A DNA stretch of 64,000 bases from Geosiphon pyriformis uo1 (Eukaryota > Fungi > Glomeromycota): contig JAAOMT010000436.1 in assembly GCA_016748015.1 (NCBI GenBank), positions 52,703 to 116,702 on the forward strand. The letters run 5' to 3'. Position 1 is the first letter of the stretch. Every line of letters begins with the position of its first letter. The translations under genes and the position numbers were made by a program. The notes under the pieces were generated by a model. It had not been told where the DNA came from and searched no databases. It was given only the letters and a program-made list of their open reading frames with translations. Positions 13,016-25,962 of this stretch are shown here, piece after piece.

Positions 13016-16000
13016 GTGGCAGAATCAGAAAACATAGGAGCAAACCATTTAGGATTCACAAAATCCTTATTTTAACACTATTGTCAACACTTGGAATTAA
13101 ACCACAATCATACATCCGCCAAATCAGCCTTTAATTTCTACATTAATGAAAAAATTTCCTCTTTGTTAGGAACACCAGTGAATACTAAAGCAGCCAGAAA
13201 AACTTTCTACAGAGAATTAATTCAAAATACCAACCTGCCAACAAATTACAATTTTGCCTCCATCATTACTAAAATCAACAAAAAAATTGAACATTACATC
13301 CAACAAAGATATTTAATTACTTACACCAGTAAAGGCAAAGAAAAACTACAAACACCAGTGGTAACACCCAAAAAGATACAACCACCCACTTGGAAAAAAA
13401 CAAGAGTTGAATTACCAACTGCCCTATTCTATTACTACACACTGGAAAGTGCCATTAATATAACATCAGCAAATGTATCCATATCAAACGCGACATCAAC
13501 ATTTAGATAATTCCTATTCCAAAGTAAACAAAAAAAACAGAGTTATTAGAACCATATGGCGAATATTTTGAAGGATTTAAATTGCAATTACTGACACCAT
13601 CAGGAATTTGATCACTGCTGCCTCAACCAGACTTTGGAACCACTACCCCATGGGAACTATCTGAAGAAGAAAAGGAAAAAGAATCAAAAGATCAAGAATT
13701 TACTTACCAAAACCCAATCACTGAAAACCTGGAAGTTAAAACCCCAAATCTTTAAACTCAGCAAAATCTAAATCTAGAAAATTCGGAAATAGAAACTCCA
13801 AATTATTAAAGGCAGAACAATCTAAACCCTGAATTAATTAATTAGCAAAACTTACCTTCAGTAATTGTCATCAATCAACCACCAATTAATCCAATAGCCG
13901 AACCCATATAGCAGCCACTTCAATTATCATCCCAACAACCAGTACCACAACAACCACTTCAACAGCCCCAGCAACCTATAGTACCAATGGCCTATGCACC
14001 AATTGCCAAATTAAAAAAATTCACCAGTTAAGAGGATGATGCTCAAGCTTGGTTGAATGATGTCATTAAAGCAATCATGGCAAACAATTGGAATGATGAC
14101 AGAGCTCTTCAGGCAATCCCATATTTCCTTCAAGATATTGTGGATTTGTGGTACCAAAGCTTAGCCACAAAACCTCAAACATTTGACGCATTTAAGCAGG
14201 AGTTCCTAAAATATTTCAGTAATAATAACAGTATTAACCATTTGGTAAATACTTTTACTACCATCAAACAAGAGAACACTGAAGCCATTACCACGTACTT
14301 GGGACAATTCCATAGATGCCTGCGCCAGATCCAAGCTATTAATGCTGATTATTTCACAGTGGCCCAAATTTTAAATCAGTTTATCAGAGGCTTATACAGT
14401 AGTATTCTCCAGCGCATACGTCCACTACACCCAGCAAATTTACAAGCAGCCATCACTAATGCCAAAAATTTTGAAGCAGCTGAACTCGAAGCTAACCATG
14501 CCCAAGCCATTAATCTAGTAATAAATAGATTATCTGAATTGGATTCTAAATTGAAACAATTCAGTGATTCTATCAATCAAAAATTAGAGGGATACTTAGC
14601 TGACAATTGAGCAATCTATTAACCACCACAATGATACAACAATCAGGGAAACTTTAGTCATGTCCAAAATCAGCCACATCCATCATTTTCAGCCAATCAA
14701 CAGTGGCAACAAGAAATGCATGTTTGCTGCTATTGTGGTAAACAAGAACACATACAAGTTGATTGCCACCAGCATTTAAATAACCAATGATCAGGAAATC
14801 AATATTGAAATCCCAATTGCTGGTTCCCAGTTCTGAGTTCTTAGCAAAATCAAGAACAATACCAATACTTACCTCATTATGTACCAATGACGCAGCAATC
14901 AATTTATCAATCTCTGATATATCAAGCTCAAATTTATCAACCACAGCCACAAGTAATTTATCAACAACCACAGCCACCAATAATCTATTAACCCCAACAA
15001 ATTCAAACACTGCCCCAAAACTTATCACCCAATGGAACACAAAGACCGAGAATGGCTCAACAGAGCTAGAAATTGGCAATGGTAGTTTATCAGCCAATCC
15101 CCAGTTCTTCACAGCAACCATCTGGATTATGCCAGTAGAATTTGGGTACTGATCAACCCCAGAACCTGAATTTCCAAAACTATTTAAGTCTCCTGATTAC
15201 CCCAGAAGACACCTCAGCCAATAACCTGAAATCTGCCCAAAAACAACTACTCACCAGTAATATCCCACCTGCTACTATCACCAAAGATAAGTCCTTGACT
15301 GCTATCTTCCCATTCGAATTTAAGGAAACAATTACAACGCTATTATTTAGTGGAGCTGCTCTTGAAGCCAAACCAATCACCATGATGTACACGGATGCCA
15401 AAGTTGATGAACAATCTATCAAATTGATCTTTGACAGTGGTTCAGCAGGTAGCATTATCACATGACAACTCATGGACCAATTAGGTCACCAAGTTGATCA
15501 CACTGTCAGTGCCAGAATCTTTACAGCCGATGGAGTGACCAAAATGTCTATCGGTGAGATAGATGAATTCCCATTTGAAGTCAATGGCATCATCACTCTT
15601 ATCAAAGTCTTGGTGATAAAAGCCACCCAATACCAAGCTTTAGTTGGTAATAACTGGCTGTCCAAAACCAATGCCGTTCTGGACTGGATAATGCAAGAGC
15701 TTTAACTAAGCATCAATGGTCAACACACACATGTGCCAGCCACATGTGGCCACTTCAAAGTTCTGTCAAGAGAGGAACCATTAATAAAGCTGAAAGAAGA
15801 AGAAAAGAAGTCTATCTGGGAAGCTTACCAAGTCTTGTGAGCCAACAATGACCACAATGAATTGCCACCCATACTCTTATGGAATGACAAAGGAAAGAGA
15901 AAAGAAGAAGAAAAACTTACCTGGAGAACAAACCAAGAATTGTGGAGTGATAACGGCCAAAGTGAACCAGCCACTGAATAAAGTTGGGAAGAAAAGGGGA

Positions 16001-19000
16001 AAGGAAAAGAACAGGAAGAGGAACCAAAACAAACCACCTCCTCCACTCATATTCTATATGTAACACTATCTCAAAATGCTTATCGTCGACCCAAACTTGT
16101 ATGTGTCAATTGTGGCAAGAAACTGTCAACAATAGACACATGCTGTAGTAAGAACGAAGAATAGATGACAGTAACCAAGTACTACTGTTGCCCATGCATC
16201 CTTGAATGTGATAGATGACAGCCAAAAATAGGAAAATGGGATGGTACTTTGTGTTTAGCTTGTGGAGATACCCTCTTAGATAAAGGGATGTAAAAAGACA
16301 TTCCTGGAAGAGGAGGAGCATGTGATGAGACATGCCAATACACTATCCTAATCAACAACTGAGTATGAAAGGGAACTCCCATCAACGATGTCTGGAAACA
16401 AGCATTAAGATGCCTAGAAAGATATTCACATGACGAAGATAAGATCTAGAGAATGGCATATGCTATGTCAGAAGGCGCTACAACAGAGGAGCTGAGAGAA
16501 ATTAAAAACAACCTACTATCCCTACCTGAGCCCAAATATATCCAAATCTTTGATGTTTTTGGCAACATCGAAGACGAATTAAAGGAATTTCATGAGCACT
16601 TCCAGCAACTAGCACTCACAAGAGAAGAACAAGAAGAGCACTTAGCACAGCTAAACACCTGGCTATGTGACCACTGTTTAATTCCATATGACTTTCAATA
16701 TTGTAATAAGTATGACCTCATTTACAATCCACCACCATGCATGATCTACACGATCCCTAAAGAGGAAGAACCAATCAGCAATTGTACATCAGAATCAGAA
16801 TTGCTGATCAATTATGATTTAAACTCCGACAACAATGACAACAACAACGGTTTAAGCTCCATTCATAATGGCAATAACAATAACAATGATTCCAACTCTG
16901 ATCCAAACTCTGATACAAACTACAAACAATATATTGCACTACCAAATATCTCTAAGAAGCAGGAATTGAAATGGTATAGTGACAATGGGGAAGGTATTAT
17001 GTCAGAATACATGCATGATACTGATGCAGGGTTTGATCTGAGATATCCAGAAAAAGATGCTATCAAATTGAAGCCAAATGCATGAATATGCATTGATCTG
17101 AGAATAGCTCTAGAGATCCCAGCAACAATCATGGTTCTGTTAGCATTTAGAAGTAGTTTAGCAAAAAAAGAAATTAATATTAGAGGAGGAATAGTGGATG
17201 CAGAATATACAGAAAATATCAGTGCCATGCTACAAAATGACTCAGAAAAGGCTTACACTATTGAGCCAAATGAAAAGATAGCACAGGCAATATTTCTGCC
17301 ACTAGTCAAAATAGCTAACTTAATGTCAGTAAGAACAAGAGAAAAATTAGAGATAACAGCAAGAGGGATACAAGGATTTGGATTAATGAGTAAAATAGAT
17401 GTACCAGTTAATATGGTGGAGAAAAAAATTGTTGGTCAAGAAATTTCCATTCCACCATATAGCCAGTACATGCTAGCAATAGAAAAAAAGGAAAAAGAAC
17501 AGCATCAGATTTTTGAAGCAAAACTGACTCTTTGTGAATCAGGAGAGATTAGACTCATCAATCTCCACATACCAGCCAAAAATTACAGCCACATCAAAAT
17601 TTTTATCTACAACAACACAAAAAATGTCATAGTGATACCAGCCAGAACCACCATAAGATACTTAAACACTGAAATAGAGGATCAACCACCAAACCCCATT
17701 CTAGACTTTCCACAGCTTTGTAAATATGTCGACATTACATCACAAACAATCTATGGACGAGATAAATGTTATTTGCTCTAACTAAAACAATTAGAACAAA
17801 TGAACATAAGAAATCTGGACCCACTACAATGTATGCAGCTCAAGATGTTACTCAACAATTTCAATGACATCTTTGCCAGTGAAAACAAATTTGGCAGAAC
17901 TGACATCATCTAACATCAAATCAAGACTGGAGATGCAATGCCAATCAAACAGTAAGCATACAGAGTACCACCAGCCAGCCATAAAATCATCCATCAAGAG
18001 ATCAACCAAATGCTTGACAATGAGTTAATTCAGCTATCAATGAGTCCATGGTTGTCACCAGTAGTATTTGTCCATAAGAAGAATGGAAAGATCTGATTTT
18101 GTGTAGACTACAGAAAACTAAATAGTATAATTTGTGGAGACAACTATCCAACTCCACAGATACAAGAACTATTCGATGCTTTTGGTAGAAACAAATAGTT
18201 CTCAATGTTAGACTTAGATAGTGGTTACTGACAAGTAGCCATGGATCCAGCCAACAAAGAAAAAATGGCATTCACCACAAAAGAGAGAAACTTTGAGTTT
18301 GAAGTTATGCCATTTGGCTTAACCAACGCACCAGCCACTTTCCAATAGCTAATGAAAATTGTTTATACTGGCTTATTGTGGAAATTAGTAGTTATATACT
18401 TGGACAACACCAATGTATTCTCAAAAACATTTGATGATCATCTTCATTATCTTTAACAAGTGTTTGAAAGACTAAGAAGAATAGAACTAAAGTTAAATGC
18501 AACAAAGTGCTTCTTTGGCAAGACAGAACTCAAATTCTTGGAACACATAGTCAGCAAAAATAACATCAAAACGGATCCAGAGAAAATAGAGATAGTAAAA
18601 AACTTTCCAGTACTGACCAATATAACAGAACTAAAATCATTCTTGGGATTTGCCAGTTATTATTGACATTTTATCAAGAACTTTTCCAAGATAGCGCAGC
18701 CACTCAACCAACTGCAAACCAAGAATACAAAATATGAATAGACAGAAAGTCAACAAAAAGCTTTTGATATTCTGAAAAGAAAGCTCATTTAAGCTCCAGT
18801 ACTGATCTATCCAGATTACAGCAAACCATTCATCATTACTACCAATGCATCCGGCCAAGCATTAGGAGCAGTACTATCTCAGAGAGGACCAGATGACAGA
18901 GAACATCCAATAGCATATGCCAGCAGAGGTTTAACACCAGCCAAAAAGAACTATGGAACACCAGAACAAGAACACTTAGCGATATACTGAGCAGTCATGA

Positions 19001-19163
19001 AATGAAAAGAATACTTGAGCCAGAAGTTTAAAGTATACACAGATCACAAAGAATTAACATCACTCCAAAAACAAGAATTTGGAGATAGAAGACAGTCAAG
19101 ATAGAAAATGGCACTTGCACCATATAATTATACTATACATTATAAAAAGAGAAAAAACAATGA
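13016..19163 (+). pseudogene. gag-pol: Element A polyprotein: N-domain, Gag capsid (from MAYAPIAK, 13987), CCHC knuckle, aspartic protease, Cys-rich domain, dUTPase, RT, RNase H (last codons at 39112-39148)
   Basis: ORFs 14053, 15142, 15472, 16453, 17131 and 18460 are all in the same frame. Motifs [31 protein letters not shown][N], TNASGQALGAVL, YTDHK. Confidence 0.92.
17010..17400 (+). pseudogene. dut: dUTPase domain of A (also D ~33830-34220, B ~27810-28180, C ~52270-52655)
   Basis: Five trimeric dUTPase motifs across the copies: AGFDL, ASRSSLA, GGIIDAGYTG, KIAQ, RGIQGFGSTG. Confidence 0.92.
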
Positions 19164-20040
19164 TATTACAGGTAACAATTTCTGGTGTTGAATTAAATAC
19201 AAACCCATAACTTGGTGCTCAAAGCTATTCTCGTTGTCGATGATCTGAAGGTTTGGTATCTGAAGGTTTTGTATCTAAAGGGTTTGGTTGAGTTTTTTGT
19301 ATAATGAACAGAGATTTAATGGTAATAGTTTTATCCATAGCTTTCCAAAACCGCAGTTTCATCAATTTCTTTCTCAGCTTGATGGCTGGTATTCCTCCTG
19401 GTAAGCTATCCTCAATTAAGTGTTCTATCCTTATTTCTGGGTCTTTTACCAGTCACATTTATCTTGACGTCAGTGCTTCATGCATTAATCTTCAATAGAG
19501 TTAGTAAACAACAATAAAATCAAAGCAAAAAAATAAAGAAAATAAAATAAAATAAAGAAAGAAAAGAAATAAGCCAAGGTGATTTACAAGTTAGTATTCT
19601 GTCAATAGCCATGATCAAGAGCTATTGTTCCAGTATGGTTAAATATCAATTACTATTAATATAAAGTGTTGATAGTAGAAATGGATTTGAAATAACAAAT
19701 AGTTATTTATTAGATACTTGTAATTTGGAGTGTTGTTTAAATTAAATCTAAACTAAGAGATCTGTCTTTTCAGCTTCTAATCCTGCTGCTATATATACAT
19801 AATTGAGATTCCTCAATTCCTTGATTCTTTATGACAGGAATCCTAGAATTCCTGGAATTCTGTGATTGCTTTAAGAGAAATCCTGGAATTCTGGAATCCT
19901 ACAATTCCTTGTCGGGGAATCCTGAAATTTCTGGAATCCTGCAATTCCTGAGAGGAATCCTGGAATTCCAAATTTACTATGCCTACTTCTGGTTGGTTAA
20001 TAATCATGCTAATATATTTCCTATATTTCTATGAGTAACA
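19164..20040 (-). repeat. 3' LTR of D (877 bp); PPT at 20041-20055
   Basis: T[A]TTACA...GTAACA termini; matches 38269-39107. Confidence 0.93.
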
Positions 20041-20053
20041 TTATTCCCTTCTT

Positions 20054-20713
20054 TTAATATTGAGCTCTGTCAAAATCCAACTCGTTTAATTCCTCCTCTT
20101 GAAGTATTTCCTGGATTTTGTTTTCGAGAATTACTTGTGTTATTTGGGTCTGTAATTCTTCAAATTGAGTATTGGTGATCTTTTCCAATTGATTATTGGT
20201 AACCATATCCATTGCTTTGTTGAGTAATATTTCTGGTCTATTCTGAAATGCTGTATGTATTCAGTATATAGCTCGGGCCTATGTGGATAAGTTGTTCTTT
20301 CCCACAAAATATTCTAATTGTTGTAGTATTTTTCTGTCAAATAATTGCTTTGTTTTATTTGTATATAGATTCTGGATATTTACGTGTTGTCCCAAGTAAA
20401 AATAACAATAGTTTTGTGGAAATTGTTGTATTCACCAATTCCAAGTTTCTTTAGTCAACTCTTGATATAGTGACTCTTTTGTCAACTCTCTTATTGCTAA
20501 TTTTACTTTTACAATGATTTTGTCCACAGTATTTTCAGTTTTCTTCTGTGTTCTGGATTGTAATGTCTTTCTAGTATCTTGATATCAAATGGTTTGTTGA
20601 TTGATTGTAATCTCCACTTTCTGGTGTTGAATCAATTGAAAGAGTTGTTGTGCTAGTGAGTGAATGTTGTTTGTAACTTCTATTTTTCTGATATTTTCTG
20701 TCATGTTTACCAT
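20054..20713 (-). pseudogene. ORF3 of D (220 codons, unknown function)
   Basis: ATG at 20713 (MVNMTENIRKIEVTNNIHSLAQQLF...); colinear with 40616-41275. Confidence 0.85.
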
Positions 20714-20739
20714 GTCTTTATATATTCTTTTGATGGATC

Positions 20740-22120
20740 AATTTGACATGTTGTTGTCAATAATAATGATTGGTTCCAGATCTCATGGAATCTGATCTGG
20801 TTGGACTAGTATTTTCTGTACTCCTAATTGTGGAATATTGCTGGTGGATAGTAGTATAGTGTTGTGATATGGTTTCAGTCAATCTCCATATGCTGCTTTG
20901 GTTAAGATTTTGTTGTCCAGTCTTAATTTGTAAGCTCCATTCCCTAGAATTTTTTCTATGTGAAATGGTTCATCCCAATTGGGGTCGAATTTTCTATTTC
21001 ATTGTTTTTTTGCTTTGGTATAATGTAAAAGTACTTTGTCTCCAATCTTGAATTCAACTGGTTTGTCTAGTAGTTGACTATCATGTCTTTCTTTCTGTTT
21101 TTTTTGTGACTTTTGAATATTATCAGCTGCTCTTCTTCATTTGTTTTCTAATGTTTCTATTAAGTCATATGTTTTTTTCAGCAATGTTTCTTGAAAATTC
21201 TCTTCTGTTATTAGTTTAGCTGGATATGTATTAATTTCTCTCTCTACTGGTAATGTTGCTGTTCTACCATATACTAATTCAAATGGTGTTGTTTGTGTAG
21301 TATCTTGCTTCATTGTCCGATAAGCAAATAATACTAATGGTATGAACAAATCCAATTTGTCCTGGTTTTCTTGGCTGAGTTTGGCAATTGCTTCACACAA
21401 TATTCTATTAAATTTTTCAACTAGACCATTTGTTTGTGGATGATATAGTGATGATAGTGGTCTCTTAATTCCGAATCTCTGGCTTAATTCTGCTAATGTT
21501 CTATTCACAAAGTGGGTTCTTTGGTTTGATAATGGTTTTTTTAGATATCCGTGTTGACAGATCAAATTTTGATGAATAAATTTGGCAACGGATTCTGTAT
21601 CCGCTCTTTGAATTGCTTTTGTCTCTGGCCATTTAGTGAGATAGTTCATGACTACTGCTATATATCTGTTTTCTCTGCTGGTGATTGTTAATGGTTTGAC
21701 TAAATCAATTCCAATCTGGTCAAATGGTTGTCCCACTTTGATTGGTCTTAATGGTTCACTGGATTTTGTTCCTTTTCTTCACTGACAACCGTCACAATTT
21801 TGAACATATTGGATGATGTCTGGATACATTGATAGCCAATAGTATCTTTTTTTGGTTCTTTCCATGGTTGCTTCTTTGTAAAAATGTCCTGCTGTTGGAT
21901 TTGAGTGCATGTTGAATAATATTGTCTCTTTTTCTGGCTCTGTAATTACTCTGGTTGGTTGATCTGGATCCCTTCTATTTTTCTGATAAAGTATATTTTG
22001 GTGAGTGATAAAATATTTTGATTGTTGTTTGATACTCTTTCATTCCATTTGAGATAAATTCTCCTTGAATTGTTGAGTAGTTATATAATATTGAATTTGT
22101 TGATATTTTTGTATGTTCAT
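20740..22120 (-). pseudogene. Integrase of D, separate ORF
   Basis: Own ATG at 22120; HHCC, GIDLV, LS[N]Q and GLVEKFNR motifs; GPF module. Confidence 0.9.
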
Positions 22121-22183
22121 CTTTTGTTGTATTTTTTCATTGGTATTGTTCTGGTTTTGTTATATTTTTGGGTTGTAATGTCC

Positions 22184-22771
22184 TTAGATTTGTTTCATTC
22201 GCGATAAACCATCAGCATTTCTATTGTCTTTTCCCTTTTTATAATGTATAGTATAATTATATAGTGCAAGTGCCATTTTCCATCTTGACTGTCTTCCATT
22301 TTCAAATTCTTGTTTTTGGAGTGATGTTAATTCTTTGTGATCTGTGTATACTTCAAACTTCTGGCTCAAGTATTTTTTCCATTTCATGACTGCCCAGTAT
22401 ATTGCTAAGTATTCTTGTTCTGGTGTTCCATAGTTCTTTTTGGCTGGTGTTAAACCTCTGCTGGTATATGCTACTAGATGTTCTCTGTTGTCTGGTCCTT
22501 TCTGAGATAGTACTGCTCCTAATACTTGGCCAGATGCATTGGTAGTGATGATGAATGGTTTGCTGTGATCTGGATAGATCAGTACTAGAGCTTGAATGAG
22601 CTTTCTTTTCAGAATATCAAAAGCTTTTTGTTGACTTTTTGTCCATTCATATTTTGTATTCTTGGTTTGCAGTTGGTTGAGTGGCTGCATTATCTTGGAA
22701 AAGTTCTTGATAAAACATCGATAGTAGCTGGCAAATCTCAAGAATGATTTCAGTTCTATCATATTGGTTGA
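22184..22771 (-). pseudogene. RT connection/RNase H of D
   Basis: ASYYRCFIKNFS, TNASGQVLGAVL, NADGLSRMKQI*. Confidence 0.92.
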
Positions 22772-23082
22772 TATTACTGGAGGTTTTTGGTCTCTTCTTA
22801 GCTCTTGTATGTTTGTTGTAATGCTGTTAATTCACAATTATGGGAAGTGTTTGAACCTCTGATAACTGAATTTATTTTCAAATTATCTCTTATAATTTGA
22901 ACTGCTGGGCTTATAAGTGGAATGGCCAATTCCATGCCAGTTGCTTTGTATAGTTATGTTGTAGTAAACGTTAACTCTTTCCCAGGAATTGCTTGTCTGG
23001 AAGCTCACTAAAATATGTAGTTACTTTGCTGTGAAAGTCAACTCTTTTACAGAAATCTCATCTGTAGGCTATTCTAATAATT

Positions 23083-23114
<32 letters not shown>

Positions 23115-23753
23115 AAATGTAAAAAAAATAGAATTCTGTTAAGAGAAATGTTTTCTATTCAGGCCTGGAATCACTAACAGTTTACTAAAATTGGTAGCTA
23201 ATCAATTTCAAAATGTTAGTTGGGTTTTAAGGATTTTCCAAGTGCAATAATTAAAGAATTTGGTTTTTTGAATTATTTGATATTTATTTCTTTTTGTGTA
23301 TATAGAAACAGTTCTAAGAGGTAAATCTAAAAGTAAGATACATTTTCTTAAAGAAAGAAGCTCTTCTTTTATACAACTTGTCATAACACTATTTTATGAA
23401 CTTGAACTTTGCTCTTTTCTACAATTTCGCCGAACTAAAGATACATTTTGGCAAACTACAAGTTATTTCTGTAAACTATTAGATATTTCGGTGAATTATC
23501 AATTATTTTGGCAAATTTCTACAAATTTTGGCAAACTTTTGAATGTTACATATTTCGGGGTATTGCATAATTGATTATCGTATTTAGGTTACATTTGTGT
23601 TATGTACAAATTGGGTTATTAATTAAATGATAATTTTGGACATTTTGTTAATGTAATAAGTGATAATTTGAAACGATAATATATGCTAATTAATGATAAG
23701 ATTTATAAGGGTAATTTCATGCTAAACAATATCTCTAATTTCGTCTAGTAATA
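22772..23753 (-). repeat. 3' LTR of B
   Basis: Matches 31608-32589 and 10853-11825. Confidence 0.93.
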
Positions 23754-24441
23754 TAACCTCCTCCTCAAGACTGAGCTCCATTGAAGTCCAAGTACTGTCT
23801 GTAATTTCTAGATAATAATCCAAAATTATTGAAGAAATTTGGTCTGAAAATTGTTAAAATTTCAGTTTTGTGAGCTTTCCAATGTATTGAATCTTCAAAG
23901 GCTGTAAAATTGGGTTTTGTAAAACATTTTCACAGGTATGGAATAGGTCATAAAGTCTAAGAGCAGCTCTTAGTTTATAATGACTGTTTGTAGGTCCAGC
24001 TGTTGTCTTGAATTCATTGTAGAATTGTTTCTAAATAGCTTCTTTTGTGAGATTTGCTGCTATAAGCTCTTATTTTTGTTCATAAAGTGTTTTTTCAATG
24101 TAAAAATATCTATATATTGGAGTATAGTTGTAGTTTTCTTCATTAAAACACAGTTGAAGTTTTTGTTAAATAGTAGCATTTGGTGGAATACTAATAAGAG
24201 TGAGCATTAAGTTTTCTCTTAAAGCAAGCTTTAAAAGTTCTGGCAGGTGAATTCCAGAATAATTTCTTGTATTTTTCTTATACGGGTGATATTTTTGTGC
24301 ATTTGGGGCTAAATTTGTAACTACTTTTGTTTGGGTATAATTAATGTGGTTTCCAGTAACAGTAATGGATAATTCGAGTATTGTTTTTAAAGCTAACATT
24401 AGTTTTTGAGATAATTGTTGAATGTTTTAAGGAATAGTTAT
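23722..24441 (-). pseudogene. ORF3 of B (240 codons), reading through the PPT into U3
   Basis: Start mutated to ATA; ends ...SLEEEVILLDEIRDIV*. Confidence 0.8.
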
Positions 24442-24563
24442 TATAAGAGATTTGAAAATAAAGGAAAATTATTTTTGGTGTATGGGTTTTTATGTTATTT
24501 TTGTTTTGTTTTTGTGAGATTGTTCCTAAATTATAAGGAGATAACTATAATAATAAATTTAAA

Positions 24564-25912
24564 TTAAGTATTCAAGTTGGGAGGTTGTTCAATAACAACT
24601 ATTGGTTTTAAATTTTGGAGAATATCTTCAAGATTGATTCAGGATTGTTTCTGGAATTATAGTGTTTCAAATGATCTCCATGTGCAACTTTTGCTAGGAT
24701 TTTGTTATCAAGTCTTAGCTTGTATGATCTATTGCCTAGAATTTTATGGATAAAAAATGGTCCATCTCATTTATTTTCAAATTTTTCACTCCATTGTTTT
24801 TTGGCTTTAGTTCTGTGTAAAAGAACTTTGTTTCCAATTTTAAATTCATTGGTGACTGATGGCAATTTGTTGTCATGCCATTCTTTTTGTTGAGTTTGAA
24901 AGTGTTCAATGTGGATTGCTGCTATTTGTCGTTTTTCTTTTAATGTGCTAAGCAGAGTGTAGGCTCTTTATTGTAGTGTTTCCTGAAAGTTGTCTTCATT
25001 AATTGGCTGTACTGGGTATGTTTCCACTGTGAAACTAATTGGTAACATTGTTGTCCTTCCATAGGTTAAATCAAATGATGTGTGTTTTGTGATATCTTGT
25101 TTTAGTGTTCTATATGCTAGTAACACTGATGGGATAAAGATATCCCATTCCTGCTCAAAATTTGTTGAGACTTTGGCTAAAGATTTACACAATGTTCTGT
25201 TGAAACATTCTACAAGTCTATTTGTTTGTAGATGGTAAAGTAAAGATAATGGTCTTTTAACATTGAATTGTTCACAGATTTTTTGAATTAGATTGTTTAC
25301 AAAATGTGTTTTTTGATTGGATAAAAGTTCGATTGGGCATCTATATCTACAAATAATGTCTTTGTAAATGAAGTTTGCTACTGATTTTGCATCTGCTTGT
25401 TGAATGGCTCTGGCTTCAGGCCATTTGGTAAGATAATCTATAGCTACTGTGATATAACAGTTTTCTTGGTTTGTAATAGGTAGTGGTCCGACTAAATCAA
25501 TACCAATTTGGTCAAAAGGCTGTCCAACTTTGATTGGATTTAAAGGTTCTGTAGGGCAAGTTCTTCCTTTTCTTTGACAATTATCACAAGATTTAATGTA
25601 TTCATGAATGTCTTTTCTCATTTGGGGCCAAAAGTAATGTTCTAATGTTCTTTGGGTGGTACTATCTTTTTCTAAATGTGCTGATAAAGAGTCTGAGTGC
25701 ATGTTGTATAAGATAGTTTTCTTCTCATTTTCCTGTATTAATCTGAGTGGTTTGTCTGGGTTTCTGAAGTTTTGATAATAAATGGTGTTGTTGTGTAGAA
25801 AATATTGTTTAGTTTTTTGTTGTAATCGGTGTTTTTCATCTGAAGACCAATCTGTTGGGATTGTTAGTGTCTCCAAATATTGTTTGGGATTGTTGTAGTT
25901 TTCAGGGTTCAT
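24564..25912 (-). pseudogene. Integrase of B, separate ORF
   Basis: MNPENY...; H-H-C-C, GIDLVGP and LVECFNRTL motifs; C-terminal GPF. Confidence 0.9.
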
Positions 25913-25962
25913 TGTTTGTTGTTTTTGTTACTGCTAATTCGAATGAGTGTTGGTTTTGTGTT

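Noticed and set aside
14787-15152. Thr/Ser-rich overlapping ORF (also 36207-36404 and 54618-54836) suggesting a programmed frameshift
   Set aside because: It is an alternative frame of the Q/P-rich IYQP linker; the main frame runs continuously from Gag to PR.
13016-19163. Alternative genetic code explaining the many in-frame stops
   Set aside because: All three stop types occur, mostly at different positions between copies, and the host genes use the standard code.
19800-19970. CRISPR-like palindromic repeats
   Set aside because: No unique spacers and no cas genes; these are LTR U3 tandem repeats in a eukaryote.
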